From a virus (lineage: Duplodnaviria > Caudoviricetes), in IMG/VR virus record IMGVR_UViG_3300020045_007806, positions 1 through 44,265 of that record: 44,265 nt of DNA; one strand, 5' to 3'. The translations under genes and the position numbers were made by a program. Within the stretch, counting starts at the first letter, position 1. Each line of letters begins with the position of its first letter. Below, one piece after another: positions 20,301 through 28,538 of the stretch. Under the pieces are notes generated by a model. It had not been told where the DNA came from, did no database searches, and saw nothing but the letters and a program-made list of their open reading frames with translations.

Positions 20301-20911
20301 CCCCTTCCCCTATATTGAATAATCCTAATACTTTAAGACCCGTCGGGACTTTAAAGAGTTTTCTGATTAAAGATATAGATTTTCTTGTTAATAATGCTTT
20401 TAAGGAAATCAAAAGAGGAAATGTAAAGAAGGGTCTCACTTTCTTAGCAGGATTCACTGCTTTAACTGGGGGGATCAATGCAGTGACACAAGATTTAAAG
20501 GATTGGATGACTAATAAACCTCTCACCTATACAGGAAAGAGGTGGTCAGAAGTTCCTTATGCTATTATGCAGTCCTTCGGTGTTAATAAGTATTTCACCA
20601 ATGAATTTATCAGGAGCCCTACAGAAGCGATATTTAGTTTCTTTGCTCCTGCTACCCCCGGAGTTCTTCCAATTTGGAATGATCTGAAAGTGGGAGCAGA
20701 TAGGGCTGAAGATTTAATTCGAGGAAGGGATGTAGGAGGGGATAACAAGAAGAAACCTTTCAAGTTTGAATCTCGTAAAGTTCTTCCTGTATTGGGGGAT
20801 GAAGCTTTTGGATGGAGCGGAGCTGGAAGGGAGAGAAGGAAGGAGCTAGAGAAGAAGGAGAGAGCTTTGACAGCTAAGGAAAGAAAGAAATCTTCAGGAG
20901 ACCTTTTCTAA
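17324..20911 (+). CDS. Large internal virion/ejection protein
   Basis: 1195 aa, helical, last gene of the podovirus tail/ejection block. Confidence 0.7.
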   Translation: MATYSYNGYDFDVDHDPTPEEFQQMSAYVDSLPPKEGNDIDEKFSQIGEGIVQAGKNAFGGIESAARMIPNMIGQAPGIADMVAKAYISLAGGSPQVQEEAQRELAATPTPTAHIPPLTEAGGVADEMVGQGFSLAGRTPGALFDALRDSPTLATYKKKVQEQVDNPNAAGANTTEALLALATLKAATRALPKQAASIGQFAKNPLGRKAVANQEAAEYAQVKAAKAAEATRVAEATKNANLNDPNAQRGFFDEGEQLSQARIEQSIREQQQQARSEYEGAIADQTPREQASLFGQPKDVAPESPYAPLLDTEGGASVRNRFEAPIGEQGIDFYRNLDQTEIPFQGEQPVFDPSTTKTEPISSPNAEAVRDFRRNLYREKGIEYAPEEPKGQLGFDFSGSKLGGVGKKQGGAIDFNFRKLPSPKDYDTISDKYLEEAKIFGETRTNATPTHQESLDAAKRFSKTPLFGKSQKGSIGFNKKPPSFEEYSKNLEKAIGEVPDPEIAREMYLKKHGAALTDAKVDEQAKTKAIGAIPGLQQFKEHKYTPPNQAEIFGTPIATRAYDVHPQFGQALQGLEQGIRKLVYKRISGSEDFLLGVSRSDKPIKAQLTDNLLDNDYAAIDKVIANAPKMKASWERFKKDVKEVGDQLVEVGLLEPGQLRKNYIPLIVKDHKGLLDAIGVEKKAALTKLLEDAAIDAKRRGEAFTNVEASEVINKFLRGRPQGSKPGFTKQRVFKEIPEELKKFYASPTETIHTYFERATEKIETAKFFGKNLVKDAETGKIDVNKSIGAKSAELIADGKIDPLAYDEMHAILRARFEGGNRASMSGLQTLRDLTHLTVLTDIANTVTQFGDIKAPLLLAGPLPTLQAIYMVARGKNVGKHISAKELGLLNHISEDFAGQKGTTRAVRASFKANFLSHVDAGVKNINLVANRIKREAEIGDVNSRLYKVYGPRFGDRFPQLLEDLKKEEPTPLTDELLWSELRESQPISKSESPSPILNNPNTLRPVGTLKSFLIKDIDFLVNNAFKEIKRGNVKKGLTFLAGFTALTGGINAVTQDLKDWMTNKPLTYTGKRWSEVPYAIMQSFGVNKYFTNEFIRSPTEAIFSFFAPATPGVLPIWNDLKVGADRAEDLIRGRDVGGDNKKKPFKFESRKVLPVLGDEAFGWSGAGRERRKELEKKERALTAKERKKSSGDLF

Positions 20912-21334
20912 ATGAAACTTCTACTAAAGCGATTCAAATTCGGAGACACTTATACAGCAGGTAAGCTGTATATTGATGACAAAGAATTCTGCTACACCAT
21001 GGAAGACCTTTTAAGGCCCACAGGGGCGATGAAAATCTTTGGGGAGACCTGCATACCAGCAGGCTCCTACAAAGTCATTATAGACGCTTCTAGACGGTTT
21101 AAAAGGGATATGCCACACATCCTTGATGTCCCTAATTTTGATGGGATAAGAATTCATTGGGGGAATGTAGCAAAGGATACAGAAGGTTGTATCCTTTTAG
21201 GGAAAACTTGGTATTCTAGGATGCCTCATTTTGTAGGGCAAAGCATTAAAGCATTTGGGGAGTTCTTTCCCATTTTACAGAATGCCCTTAAGCAAGGTGA
21301 GGTTGTATTAGAAATAGTAAATTGTATTGAGTAA
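20912..21334 (+). CDS. Putative endolysin (DUF5675-like)
   Basis: 'T.GKLYID..FCYTMED', 'GETCIPAGSY', 'GIRIHWGN..DTEGCILLG'. Confidence 0.8.
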   Translation: MKLLLKRFKFGDTYTAGKLYIDDKEFCYTMEDLLRPTGAMKIFGETCIPAGSYKVIIDASRRFKRDMPHILDVPNFDGIRIHWGNVAKDTEGCILLGKTWYSRMPHFVGQSIKAFGEFFPILQNALKQGEVVLEIVNCIE

Positions 21335-21337
21335 TAG

Positions 21338-21381
21338 AAAAAGGGCTACCCTCGATATTTTGAGAGTAGCCCTTTTGTTTT
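21338..21381. terminator. Bidirectional rho-independent terminator
   Basis: AAAAGGGCTAC-CCTC...GAGA-GTAGCCCTTTT with A and T tracts on either side, at the convergence of the two gene blocks. Confidence 0.85.
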
Positions 21382-21446
21382 ATACAAACATTTTAATTAA
21401 TGTTCCTAAGAAGAAGCAAGTGGCTCCAATTAGAAACAGCCATTGG

Positions 21447-21647
21447 CTAATTAAATCCCACATATTTTTCTCTATATTCCTTTTCAACCAGCTCCCATTT
21501 ATCAATAACCTCTTGAGAGCATTGTTTTAATGTTGGCTTAATATCCCCTAAAAGATAAGGGAGCCTCTCACTCCATGGGATTGACCAGCCATACTCGTCA
21601 TACTCCACAACTTCCCCCTTTCCCTGTATAATTACAAATTTGTTCAC
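21447..21647 (-). CDS. Hypothetical protein (start uncertain, probably a GTG near 21608)
   Basis: Fills the gap before the terminator and overlaps the end of the HNH gene. Confidence 0.5.
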   Translation of the reverse strand: MNKFVIIQGKGEVVEYDEYGWSIPWSERLPYLLGDIKPTLKQCSQEVIDKWELVEKEYREKYVGFN

Positions 21648-22155
21648 ACCATTCTAAAAACTCTGCTTCTGACATATCGTTTTTCATAGTATTAATCCGT
21701 TTATGGACCCATTGAATATTCCCAATTTCATACCCTTTAGAGCTATTAATACGATCAATTGATGCAGTTGATTTTGACCAAGCAGAGTCTTTTGAAACTA
21801 ATTTTAAAGGAATTCCTGAGTAACGACAAAACCCTTTTTGATTCTCCCACTGATCTACCAAGTCTTGTAGTGTTATAGATACACTCTTATTTCTAAAATA
21901 AAGTTTAGTGAGATACTGTTTAGAAATCCCTTCTATACCTTCCCAGAAAGAATATTTTTCTCGTTCTTTTGAGTTACAACTTTGGCATCCACTACTTCTT
22001 CCTAGCACAAGTTGACCAGCTCTCCTAATATACTCTTTGTTACAAGATGTACAAAGAACATTCCAATAATGCTCATTGATATAATGACTGTAAGAGATGA
22101 CTTTCCACTTCCCAAAGAGTTTTCCAATAGGAGCTTCTAAGTATTTATGTTTCAT
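21598..22155 (-). CDS. Free-standing HNH-type homing endonuclease
   Basis: N-terminal 'GKLFGKWKV..WNVLCTSC..GRSSGCQSC' Zn module and 'ASIDRINSSKGY..GNIQWV...N.MK' beta-beta-alpha-Me motif; ATG overlaps the RNR stop (TAATG). Confidence 0.8.
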   Translation of the reverse strand: MKHKYLEAPIGKLFGKWKVISYSHYINEHYWNVLCTSCNKEYIRRAGQLVLGRSSGCQSCNSKEREKYSFWEGIEGISKQYLTKLYFRNKSVSITLQDLVDQWENQKGFCRYSGIPLKLVSKDSAWSKSTASIDRINSSKGYEIGNIQWVHKRINTMKNDMSEAEFLEWCEQICNYTGKGGSCGV

Positions 22156-24708
22156 TATGCCCCGCAAGTTCCTCCCTTGTTCGTAATATCACAAATATCA
22201 TTCTCCTCAAAAATAACCCCTTTATGATGGAGAGCTTCTTCGTAGCTCACTTCTGTAAGGGGCTGACCTCCTCGACTTCCGTCAGGATAACAGGTGAACC
22301 CACGAAGCCTTGGAGCGTATTTGGCAAGAGTAGTTGCAAAACTCTGCACCAACCCTTTATGATTTCCTTTACTTTCCCAAGGGGGTAAATTGATTGTAGA
22401 TGAAATTGACATGTCAACGTAATCTTGTATGTCTGCTTGAAATTTGATTCTTCGTTCATAGTCATGACTTAGTTTATATGCTGTATCAATGTTTTCTGGA
22501 TTAAGCCCATATTCTTTAATTAAGGTGTCTGCTGTGGAGTCGACAACATATTCATATTTCCATCTTGTTCCATCTGTGAGATAACGGCGTTTATATGCGA
22601 CAGCGAATAGGGGCTCAATGCCAGTAGTTGTACTAGCCAAAATTCCAATTGTACCCGTGGGAGCGATCGCACGGTACGCAATAGGTTTACTGATGTATAG
22701 GTGTTCGCAGTGTTCATTTGCTGCTCGTTCGGATTCATCTTTATATACCTTTAGCCATTCATGTAATTCCTCAGTTACTTCATATTTTTGTCCTCGTTTA
22801 AGAAGCCATTCGTGGATTCCCATGAGACCCAAACCAAGCCGCCTATTTTTCTCTCTAACTTTATAGACCTTCTCATAGGGTAAGTCGGCCCGGAGAGTTC
22901 CACAAACAAGGAATTTAATTCCTAAATTAATTATATCTTTGAATTCTTCTTTAGAATTTATATTCCCTAAATTAATAGAGCCTAAGCAGCATAAATCACT
23001 ATCATCTTCACTTGTAATCTCTGTACCTGTTTTGTTACAGCTTTCGCTGGATTAGTCATCTCTGCTAATCTCCTCAAATTCCTTTGAGGCACAGACTATA
23101 TCATCATCCACAATTGTGGAGCTTCCCGTTCGGCTAAGTAGCTTGTATTGAAAGGAAGGTAGAACATAGGGAGACACATATTCCATAAACCTAGCAACGT
23201 CCTTACAACGAAGTCGAAGGAAGTAGTAATTATAGTGTCTGATAATATTCCACTCTAAATCTAGAGAATCTTTTAAAGCTTTCTTTAAGAGAAGTTGATC
23301 TCCATAAGAAAGACGTTTTAAATTCAACGTAACATTATATGAAGGATTCTTTAGTTGTTTCTTTTCATTTGGTTGCTCAATATATAAACTACCATCACAC
23401 ATATATAGAATAGCTAAAGCTTCCCAATCAAGAAGCTTCAATGCGTGGGGATCAATTCCTTTATAATGAGCCGTATAAATGCGATGGCGTAAAGTTGTAA
23501 AGAGTGGATTAGTCTTCGTTGTAATATTCAAGAGAGGTTTCCGTCCTTGTCGTTCGTCATTAACTAAACGAATAGGAGCCTCTGTAATTTCACTACAAAC
23601 ATCACTTACCCACTGAACATAGTCAGAGTTTTTCTCTAACATATTCATTACAAATCTACAATTATTGCCACTAAAATATACACCACCATCCCCCATAGTC
23701 ATGTATGAGAGAAGTTTTACAAGTTGTTTCTTATCCATAGTCGTTACACACCTCATATCGAGTTAGCACGGTATTGGCGGTTCTCGCTGTTCACCGTTTT
23801 TAGGAAAGTTATTCGAGTAGCTTTGCAGCTACAAGGCTCAATGTTACTTAAGCGTTTCGTAATGTTTCATTCTCTTTATCTCCAAAGTTAAAGCTAAACC
23901 CCGGCTCCCCAGTCATCATTGCTTGTCTACAATTCTCTAAGAAGATGGGATTTTTATCCAAAATATTAACATCCTGCATAAATCTATTTTTTGCTATTTT
24001 ACTTAACTCGGGAGAGTTTCCAACAGGATAAGATTTATAATGATGCCCCTCACCTAAAAGAGCAGCATCATCATAGTTCACTGAGATATTAGTCATATCC
24101 AAATAAGCAGGGAAATTAAAATCTTTAGCTTTAATCTCTTTCACTTGCTCTGACCAATTCTTAGAATTCATGAATAGGGGGATATCCTCATGCTTCCAAT
24201 TGAGAGAGGCATAAATAGCAGAGCGTCTGCTACCTCCCTGCATGACCGACCTCCCCACTTCATTGATAGCAGACATCAATGGGAGAGGCCCACTAGACTT
24301 GCCCCCTGTCCTTGAGAGAGCCCTTCCTGCTGGCCTCAGTATTGAATAGTCAATCCCAATCCCACCCCCTGTAGTGAGGCAATTCATTGCTCTCCATGTT
24401 ACATTTGCCCACTCTTCCCTCGAATCAAACTCTGCTTTTAGCAAAAAACAGTTGTTATAGAACTTTGCAGCCCTTCCTGCATAATAAAGATAGCGGCCTC
24501 CGGGGATGAACTGCATCTTTTTAATATACTCTACAAGCTGCTGCCTATCGCTGAGACTCAGTAATGCTCGGCTAGCTCCCCTTTCTTCTCCGCAGATATC
24601 TTCCACAACCCGTTCTGATAGAGCATCCCATGTATCGCTATTTCCTTGGGCATATTTGTTATAAAATGTCCTTTCTGCAAATGTCGTTTTAAACCTCTTG
24701 TGTTCTAT
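22155..24708 (-). CDS. nrdJ: Ribonucleotide reductase, class II (NrdJ-like), spliced: exon 1 24708-23850, exon 2 23026-22155, 576 aa
   Basis: 'PGGRYL', 'NNCFLL', 'QGGSRRSA', 'GEPGF', spliced 'NACTE', 'LGLGLMG', 'IAPTGT', 'GIEP', 'SISSTINLP'. No beta-subunit gene in the window. Confidence 0.88.
23027..23849 (-). mobile_element. Group I self-splicing intron (823 nt, probably subgroup IA)
   Basis: Exon ends in U and intron ends in G; P1 GCUU/GAGC with U-G at the splice site; P AAAACGGUGAA, Q AAUACCGUGCUAA, R GUAACGACUA, S GAUAUAGUCU; P3 CUUUCC/GGGAAG; P8, P9, P9.1 and P9.2 hairpins; splicing restores the frame. Confidence 0.93.
23052..23738 (-). CDS. Intron-encoded LAGLIDADG homing endonuclease
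   Basis: Two motifs, 'LLSYMTMGDGGV' and 'LAILYMCDGSL'; ATG at 23738 has GAGGTG upstream. Confidence 0.9.
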   Translation of the reverse strand: MDKKQLVKLLSYMTMGDGGVYFSGNNCRFVMNMLEKNSDYVQWVSDVCSEITEAPIRLVNDERQGRKPLLNITTKTNPLFTTLRHRIYTAHYKGIDPHALKLLDWEALAILYMCDGSLYIEQPNEKKQLKNPSYNVTLNLKRLSYGDQLLLKKALKDSLDLEWNIIRHYNYYFLRLRCKDVARFMEYVSPYVLPSFQYKLLSRTGSSTIVDDDIVCASKEFEEISRDD

Positions 24709-24844
24709 GATGCTGCTCCTTTAGTAATTTCTCTAATTCCTTTTCAGCTTCTTCCTCAGCCAGTTTCCTTTTCCTATAAGAAATCTTTCCATGGATTTTT
24801 TCTGACTCTTGTTCCCGATAATTCTTTTGATTCTTCTTATCCAT
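24689..24844 (-). CDS. Small charged protein (51 aa) overlapping the RNR start
   Basis: MDKKNQKNYREQESEKIHGKISYRKRKLAEEEAEKELEKLLKEQHHRTQEV; TAATG-coupled to the holin; below the ORF-track cutoff. Confidence 0.65.
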   Translation of the reverse strand: MDKKNQKNYREQESEKIHGKISYRKRKLAEEEAEKELEKLLKEQHHRTQEV

Positions 24845-25248
24845 TACTTTGCTGCAACCCCTTTTATCTTCTCTGTTGTTCTCAAGGACCCAAGACCGAG
24901 GAGACCACCAAGTACAGTAATAAGGACAGAAAGGTCAAGAGCAGGAGGCCCGGCATAGTGCCAGATAGAGCTACCCCAAGCAAGAAGAGGCTGACCAAGA
25001 AAAGCATACATGAGGCCCATTCCACAGACCCAACCGCACCAAGGACGCCAACCAGATACAAAAAGATTCGGATTGGCCGCTTCGACTTTATTAATTTCCA
25101 ATTGTCCTGCAATTTCACTAAGTTCTCCTGATTGTTGTAATTTGAAGAGCTCAAACTTAGCACTAGCTGCTTGCGCTGGGTCAGGCCAAATCCTGTCAAT
25201 AAGCTTCCCCCCTACATCTAGGAGGACTGTTACAGGATCAAGTGCCAT
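24844..25248 (-). CDS. Holin, 3-TM (GTA-holin-like) family
   Basis: 'GKLIDRIWPDP', 'INKVEAA..LFVSGWRPWCGWVC', 'GLLGLGSLRTTEK.KGVA'. Confidence 0.85.
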   Translation of the reverse strand: MALDPVTVLLDVGGKLIDRIWPDPAQAASAKFELFKLQQSGELSEIAGQLEINKVEAANPNLFVSGWRPWCGWVCGMGLMYAFLGQPLLAWGSSIWHYAGPPALDLSVLITVLGGLLGLGSLRTTEKIKGVAAK

Positions 25249-25477
25249 GAATCTCTACCCTCGATTTACAAGCTCGTAACTCTTTATCTAGTTGCTTAGA
25301 AAGCTGATAAAGCTTCTCATTCTCAGTATAAAGTTCTTGTATCCTTTCTTGTGTTGCAGTAGCTTCTTCCTTGCTTAATGTCACTCCTCCATTCTTATGG
25401 ACAGTAAAAGCAAATACGGAGAAAGCAACAAAACTAAGCAGCAGCAATACAATTCTGTTTTTCAATTTTCTCTCCAT
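25238..25477 (-). CDS. Signal/TM plus coiled-coil protein (possible spanin-like)
   Basis: N-terminal hydrophobic helix then coiled coil; adjacent to the holin. Confidence 0.5.
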   Translation of the reverse strand: MERKLKNRIVLLLLSFVAFSVFAFTVHKNGGVTLSKEEATATQERIQELYTENEKLYQLSKQLDKELRACKSRVEIHGT

Positions 25478-25664
25478 GCATTCTAGATTCTTCAGCAGCA
25501 ATAAGACGATCTAAACAATCCTTAGCTTTACGCAAGTCTTTTAAACCGTCTTTCTTTCTCCATCGATAAACATATTTAATTATGCACCCCTCAACAAAAG
25601 GGACATCGTCCCTCATGAGGATATTGAAGAGTGCATAATCTACATAATGAGAACTGTTACTCAT
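25434..25664 (-). CDS. DUF3310-like protein
   Basis: 'SHY', 'F.EG.IIKYVYRWRKKDGLKDLRKA..LDRLI'. Confidence 0.8.
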   Translation of the reverse strand: MSNSSHYVDYALFNILMRDDVPFVEGCIIKYVYRWRKKDGLKDLRKAKDCLDRLIAAEESRMHGEKIEKQNCIAAA

Positions 25665-26413
25665 GACGAGATAGCAGCAAACCTTTCTCCAAGTTTGGGC
25701 CCTTGATTCTTAATCCCTCGGAACCATCTCCCGCAATTGACAGCTTGACACTGGTATCGTTGATAAATGCCTGCATTCGTATGATATTCTCCCCTCTTCT
25801 GATAATGCCCTCCTCCACAAGTGGGACAAACTAGAGCATCTTCTTTATACAATCCAACATTGGGGTGATTGGGAATCCAAGCCTTAATTTTTTCATAAAG
25901 CCCTTCGAGAAGGAGAACATCCTGAACATTATACTCCATCATAAGCTCCCAAGCTTTTGGGTCCTTATTCATACAATCTATCCAAAGCTTAAAATCCGTA
26001 TCATGCTTCTTACCGAGTCCAAGTCTTTGGCAAACATGATCTAGCTTATTAGAAATAAATTTAAACTTCCTACGAACAGTATTGCATAGATCAATAGATT
26101 TGTAAGGGGCAGGGGGAGGGAGCCCATGAAGTAGAAATTCCCTATTAAGAATAGGAAGGTCAAATCTACTGCCATAATAATGGACCACAATATCAGCTTC
26201 ATCTAGTAGCTCTCGTACTTTCTGAATCATAGATTCTGAAGAGTTTAGCATTATAGAGTTAAAGAATACAGGAGGTTCCCCGTACCACTTAGCAGCCCAA
26301 CATAAGACTTGAGAGTTATCAATAAGCCTAGCTAATGGGATGTTTTCTTTCCACAGCCCCCACACATAAGCTGTGGAGGGGCTTGTTTCAATATCCAACA
26401 GTAAGATTTTAAT
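25661..26413 (-). CDS. RNase H-like (DnaQ-type) exonuclease with C-terminal Zn ribbon; probable ATT start
   Basis: 'LLDIETSP', 'YGSRFDLP', 'NKLDHV', 'YNVQDV', CPTC...CQAVNC; GAGGAG lies 7 nt before ATT. Confidence 0.85.
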   Translation of the reverse strand: MKILLLDIETSPSTAYVWGLWKENIPLARLIDNSQVLCWAAKWYGEPPVFFNSIMLNSSESMIQKVRELLDEADIVVHYYGSRFDLPILNREFLLHGLPPPAPYKSIDLCNTVRRKFKFISNKLDHVCQRLGLGKKHDTDFKLWIDCMNKDPKAWELMMEYNVQDVLLLEGLYEKIKAWIPNHPNVGLYKEDALVCPTCGGGHYQKRGEYHTNAGIYQRYQCQAVNCGRWFRGIKNQGPKLGERFAAISS

Positions 26414-26449
26414 CTGAATTCTCCTCTTCAACGAACCACATTCTTGTCA

Positions 26450-26704
26450 TTATTTAATAAATCCTCGCTGCTTCATATGGATAGTGAACTCTTTCAATAC
26501 TGCTTTCTTATCGTGAGCAGGGATTTCCCGCATATACCCGATAATCATCCCTGCCCCTTTGGGGCTAATCTTCTTTTCCTTAATATTGAATTCTGCGATG
26601 TTGGTCATTACAACTCCTCGATTACGATTCCGCAACGCTGCATCTTCAATATCATTGAAGAGGGTGTATCCAAGGTATTCATTTCGTTGTTGTACATTTT
26701 GCAT
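26450..26704 (-). CDS. Hypothetical protein
   Basis: 84 aa with an AAGGA SD. Confidence 0.7.
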   Translation of the reverse strand: MQNVQQRNEYLGYTLFNDIEDAALRNRNRGVVMTNIAEFNIKEKKISPKGAGMIIGYMREIPAHDKKAVLKEFTIHMKQRGFIK

Positions 26705-27077
26705 TCTGTTTCCTTTCTTTTGCTGTCAGCCTCTCGGCTGTCGTTTTCTTTTTATGGCACATCTTGCAAAGGGCTTGATAACCGTCTGCTTCGCAGAACA
26801 TCCTTTTTATAACCCTATCCCAAGATATAAAACCGACAACAGGATCAATAACTGGAGAAATATGGTCAATTTGAATGCCACTCGCAGGGAATTCGCAATG
26901 GCATAAAGAGCACTCATAATGTTCTGCAATTCTTCCAGTATCTTTGTTAATTCTTTTTCCTCTCTTCGCGCTAGAGAGGGCAATATATTTCTGAGGCCAT
27001 CGTTGGGAAGCTGCTCTAAGGGCACTCTTGATAAAGCTTGCGAATCTTGCTTCTGTCCATTTTCCTCCATTATACAT
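26679..27077 (-). CDS. HNH endonuclease
   Basis: 'CSLC....IQIDHISP...QALCKMCHKKKT'. Confidence 0.85.
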   Translation of the reverse strand: MYNGGKWTEARFASFIKSALRAASQRWPQKYIALSSAKRGKRINKDTGRIAEHYECSLCHCEFPASGIQIDHISPVIDPVVGFISWDRVIKRMFCEADGYQALCKMCHKKKTTAERLTAKERKQNAKCTTTK

Positions 27078-27408
27078 AAATAAATACAGGTTTTAATTTC
27101 TTTTGCATAATATCAATCATGTGTTTTGTCCCTTTTGATTTGCCATCCCATACTGCAATGAGTGCATCCGCGTATTCTGCCATTTGTAAATTCCTTTTAT
27201 AACCAGCAGATTTCCCATGCTTTTCCCATTCAGCAGGGAACACTTTTAATGGAATTTTATTAATTTCAGAATATCTTTTTCCGAGATTATCAACTCCTGC
27301 TGCTAATCCACAAACAATTTCAGTTATTTCGTGTTTATGTTTTTCTAAAATTTTTACTATTCGCGGATAGTCATTAATCGATCGGCTTCCTGCTATTATC
27401 ATCTTCAT
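27070..27408 (-). CDS. SLOG/YspA-like (DUF2493) protein
   Basis: 'IIAGSR', 'IVCGLAAGVD', 'AGYKRNLQMAEYADALIAVWDGKSKGTKHMI'. Confidence 0.85.
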   Translation of the reverse strand: MKMIIAGSRSINDYPRIVKILEKHKHEITEIVCGLAAGVDNLGKRYSEINKIPLKVFPAEWEKHGKSAGYKRNLQMAEYADALIAVWDGKSKGTKHMIDIMQKKLKPVFIYV

Positions 27409-28237
27409 TTTTCATCTTCCACATAATAGGCTTCCCTTCTTCATCTAATTCCCTCACCATATAAAGGAGCTGTCCTTGCTCTAACATCTCTTCCCTCCAA
27501 GAATCCCCATAGAAGCCTCTATAAGCCTCTGCAACGGCTTCTTCTGCTTCTAGTGAGGTCTGGGTATCAACCAGTAGTTCATAAGCCCCTACAGCCCCCA
27601 TTCCGGGGACTCCGGGGACATTGTCCACTACATCCCCAGTGAGCATTTGAGAATAGAAGAATTTCTCCCCGTGTCCTACAATCTTCTTTCGGTCTTTAGC
27701 TAATTCAATTTCTCCAAATCCTGATACAAAGAAAGGACCCCATTCTGGTTGCTTATTAAGCTCCCAAGAATATTGCCATCCGGGGCATTGTTTTAAATCC
27801 TTGTCTCTAGAACAGATGATTGTATGATTGTGATGGGGGAAAGGCATAAAACCTTTCATCTGCTCAATACACATTGCATCGTCTGCTTCCATCCCATCTA
27901 CAACAATACATTCATATCGAGTTTGCAAATAAGCTTTGATATTGGCATAATGAAAGGGCTTAACAACATCAGCCCTATTCTCCTTATACCCCTTTTTCTT
28001 AGCAATTTGTTCTCTGAAATTATCTTTCCCTGAAATAAATATTGTAGGAGGAGATGAGGCAAAAACCTTTCCACAGATGTCTGCTATCTTATTATCAAGC
28101 AATTCAGCAACATAGTCGAAAGGAGGGGGATCAAGGGGCTCATCCCCCTTGACCCACCCCTTAACAGCTTTCCAACCTGTTTCTGCCCCCCAACCTACTT
28201 CATAGAGAAAAATATCTCCGTCAATGAGAGGCTTCAT
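27374..28237 (-). CDS. 5'-3' exonuclease (T7 gp6/FEN-like)
   Basis: 'LIDGD', 'NFR...YKENR', 'EADD', 'SRDKDL', 'GDVVDNVPG'. Confidence 0.9.
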   Translation of the reverse strand: MKPLIDGDIFLYEVGWGAETGWKAVKGWVKGDEPLDPPPFDYVAELLDNKIADICGKVFASSPPTIFISGKDNFREQIAKKKGYKENRADVVKPFHYANIKAYLQTRYECIVVDGMEADDAMCIEQMKGFMPFPHHNHTIICSRDKDLKQCPGWQYSWELNKQPEWGPFFVSGFGEIELAKDRKKIVGHGEKFFYSQMLTGDVVDNVPGVPGMGAVGAYELLVDTQTSLEAEEAVAEAYRGFYGDSWREEMLEQGQLLYMVRELDEEGKPIMWKMKNEDDNSRKPID

Positions 28238-28538
28238 ATTTCTCTACAAGTTCTAAAATATCTTCATTTAGAAGACCCTTTTCAGTACGATGTTTGATTT
28301 CTTCAAGAGAGACTTCTTCAGGGTCCCATTGACCTTCAAGCCCATAGCAAGAACAGTGATAACCATTAACTTCATAAAGTTTTTTATTCTTGCTAAAAAT
28401 TACTGTGGCGTCTCCTTCATAATCCCCATAGGTATAATCAGCAAAAATAATCTCCACACCATCAAGATCACTATCTTCAAGATCAAACTCTCGAATTAAA
28501 TCTTCTTTACCATAAAAGTTATTTACGTAGATATTCAT
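28221..28538 (-). CDS. Hypothetical phage protein
   Basis: 'YEGDA...LYEVNG.HCSCYGLEGQWDPEE' motif. Confidence 0.75.
   Translation of the reverse strand: MNIYVNNFYGKEDLIREFDLEDSDLDGVEIIFADYTYGDYEGDATVIFSKNKKLYEVNGYHCSCYGLEGQWDPEEVSLEEIKHRTEKGLLNEDILELVEKYEASH

Noticed and set aside
21327-21530. + strand 67-aa ORF after the endolysin as a spanin
   Set aside because: Runs through the bidirectional terminator and has no lipobox or clear N-terminal TM helix.
23052-23756. Intein in RNR
   Set aside because: There is an in-frame stop after exon 1 and no C-terminal His-Asn splice motif, while a full group I RNA core is present.
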